Shown here one piece after another: positions 62,094 to 64,000 of a DNA stretch of 64,000 bases; within the stretch, counting starts at the first letter, position 1; every line of letters begins with the position of its first letter. The notes beneath the pieces were generated by a model. It ran no database searches, had not been told where the DNA came from, and saw only the letters and a list, made by a program, of their open reading frames with translations. The DNA is from Phoronis australis (taxonomy: Eukaryota; Animalia; Phoronida): positions 253,563 to 317,562 of the forward strand of contig NMRA01000053.1 in the NCBI GenBank assembly GCA_002633005.1. The letters are read 5' to 3'. The position numbers and the translations under genes are program-made.

Positions 62094-63517
62094 CCATATT
62101 CGCCATAATAACCGCCAAGGGCGCTTAAAAAAGTTCCTTTCAGGGGTGAGCGCTTATTATAACCCAAGGCCATTGAAACCCGGTCTTCGAAACGGGTGAA
62201 ATCGGAAGCTAAGATTCATCATATTTACGTTCTGTGACGTATCTGTAACCTATGAACCGTAAGGCATTGCTATCAAACTTTGCTGTTAAATTACTATCAT
62301 TTTACAGAAAATTGTGCTGAAATCCCAGGGCAAAAACTCGCCGACTGCCTGCCTCGCAATCATCGATATGGCGACTTGAATGCTTGAATAAAAATACAGT
62401 TTTGACTCAAGCAAATTACCTGAAATCCTCCTTAAGTTTTCCAAGTAGTGTCCCTAAGATTTTAAGTTCCCGTAGAGTCGGAATCATGGCAGGCTTAAGT
62501 ACAAATCTGCTAGTGCATCGTGCCATCTACATGTATGATCGGCGCAACATGAGAAAAATGTCTGGACGAACACACATGTTGTTGTCACGTGACGTTTGTT
62601 TTGAAGTTATCTGCGTTTGTGAGTAAGCGAGCGCGTGCGTGTCACCAGAGTTCATTTGCCAGAGCAGATACCATCTTTTGGCGAGAGCCACGCAATCTAA
62701 TGAGCTAGAAATTTGCACAAGCAGTAGGCCTAAACCAGAACGTGTTTTCATTCAGCACTTGCCGGTCTCATATCGCTAAAATCGTTCTTCATTTGTCTCG
62801 ATAAGGCCATATTAGTCGCCGTGTGGCTGGATGTGGCGTACGTGACTATCTGACAGTTATTTTTCGGTGTAAGGGTGTGTAAGCATTCACTGTCAGTGGT
62901 CATTTTATCGGAGTTTGGCTTAAAACCCCAATTTTGATTAATCAAACAATTCATCTTAAAAATAGCGCAAAGATGTTTCATAGTATTAGAAACTGTCGGA
63001 AATTAGTGCCAATATTCATTTATTACCAATGCTATGCTTCCCGTTTCATGAGTGGGTAGTTCCCGACTAATGTCTTTGATGACAGGTTCATGTATGTAGC
63101 GCGTGCTTCCTGGCCACATGCTTTTAACACTGGCCAAGCTTTTTATTAGTGTTCGATTCGTGGTTTTCACATGTAGGCCTACAAAGAAATTTAGATTCCT
63201 GTTGAAAGCGGGAAATATCTACAAAGCAATCCCGTAGACAAGTACACTACTTCTGTTCTGAAAGGCCAGAGACCATTGGTCCTCGCAGTATCAGCAGAAC
63301 TTTTGTGTTTGTTTTGAGGCATGGCGGAAGTTTGAAGTGTATAGTCACGGCTAAATACCGACATAGCAGCGAGGCTCGTGGTCTACAAATTCTGCGCACA
63401 ATGATTTTTTTCAGGCCTTTCGGATATTATTGATAAATTGAAGACGTTACTGTAGAATTTTAGGACTGTAGGTAAGGCATTTTTCGGACGTACACGTTCA
63501 TGGACTGGGCGCTTATT
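62094..63517 (+). mobile_element. Family A DNA element, third copy, interrupted near its right end by a HINE
   Basis: TA|ccatattcgccataataaccgcc start; colinear with 15297-16712 up to gggcgcttatt. Confidence 0.85.
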
Positions 63518-64000
63518 ATGCGCCCACATATTTATATGTGGACGCATTATGCCGTCATCTCTGTCCGTCCGTCCGTCCGTCCGTCCGTCCGTCCGGCGTC
63601 TGGCGTCCGGCGTCCGCTGCTCTATCTCCAAAACCCTTTGACATACGTTCATGAAATTCGGCACATGTGTTCCATTCATGAATGGGACGGCATGTGCGAA
63701 CTTTCGGACGGATCCGACTACAGGTGTGCCCCCTAGTGGCAATTTTAGTTTTTTACGCTTACCTTTGTATCTTCAAAAGTCCTGAACGGATTTTCATGAA
63801 ATTTGGTATGTAGGCACCTAGTAGTGAGATGACGCTATCCTGCCGTTTTCGGATGGATTCGACATAGTTTGCGCCACCTAGTGGCCATTTTTACTGTTTT
63901 CGAGTCTGTTTTTGTGCTTCCACCCCTCTATCAACCAAACCGCTCAAAGGATGATTGTGAAAATTGGCATGTATGTGCTTACTATGTAGAGGACGGTTGA
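63518..64000 (+). mobile_element. Young HINE copy inserted at a TT site, running off the window
   Basis: atgcgcccacatatttatatgtggacgcat palindrome, long pure (gtcc)n, two cores with tgccccctagtggca and cgccacctagtggcc. Confidence 0.85.

Overview
AT-rich, repeat-dense eukaryotic DNA from a bilaterian invertebrate, probably a lophotrochozoan; the species cannot be determined from sequence alone. It is a draft assembly with two N gaps. The main gene is on the + strand and is largely missed by the ORF track. It has a signal-peptide exon (11721-11790), a ~30.7 kb first intron, one EGF exon and three calcium-binding EGF exons (42510-60652), all phase 1-1, and it continues past the window. Three extra dead or truncated cbEGF exon copies lie between and after the live exons, one with TGA exactly at a conserved Cys. 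A second gene on the - strand (Ser/Pro/Thr-rich exon 926-1081) runs off the left edge, head-to-head with the first. Introns hold many mobile elements: a tRNA-bearing TRIM with PBS, PPT and two LTRs; Helentron-type HINEs whose ~145 bp cores each carry a CTCF-like motif; two TA-TSD CCGTA-ended DNA element families; Harbinger-, hAT- and Kolobok-like non-autonomous elements; a THAP-bearing TIR element; and CR1, RTE, Ingi/I-type and probable Penelope remnants. All alignments and counts were done by eye.
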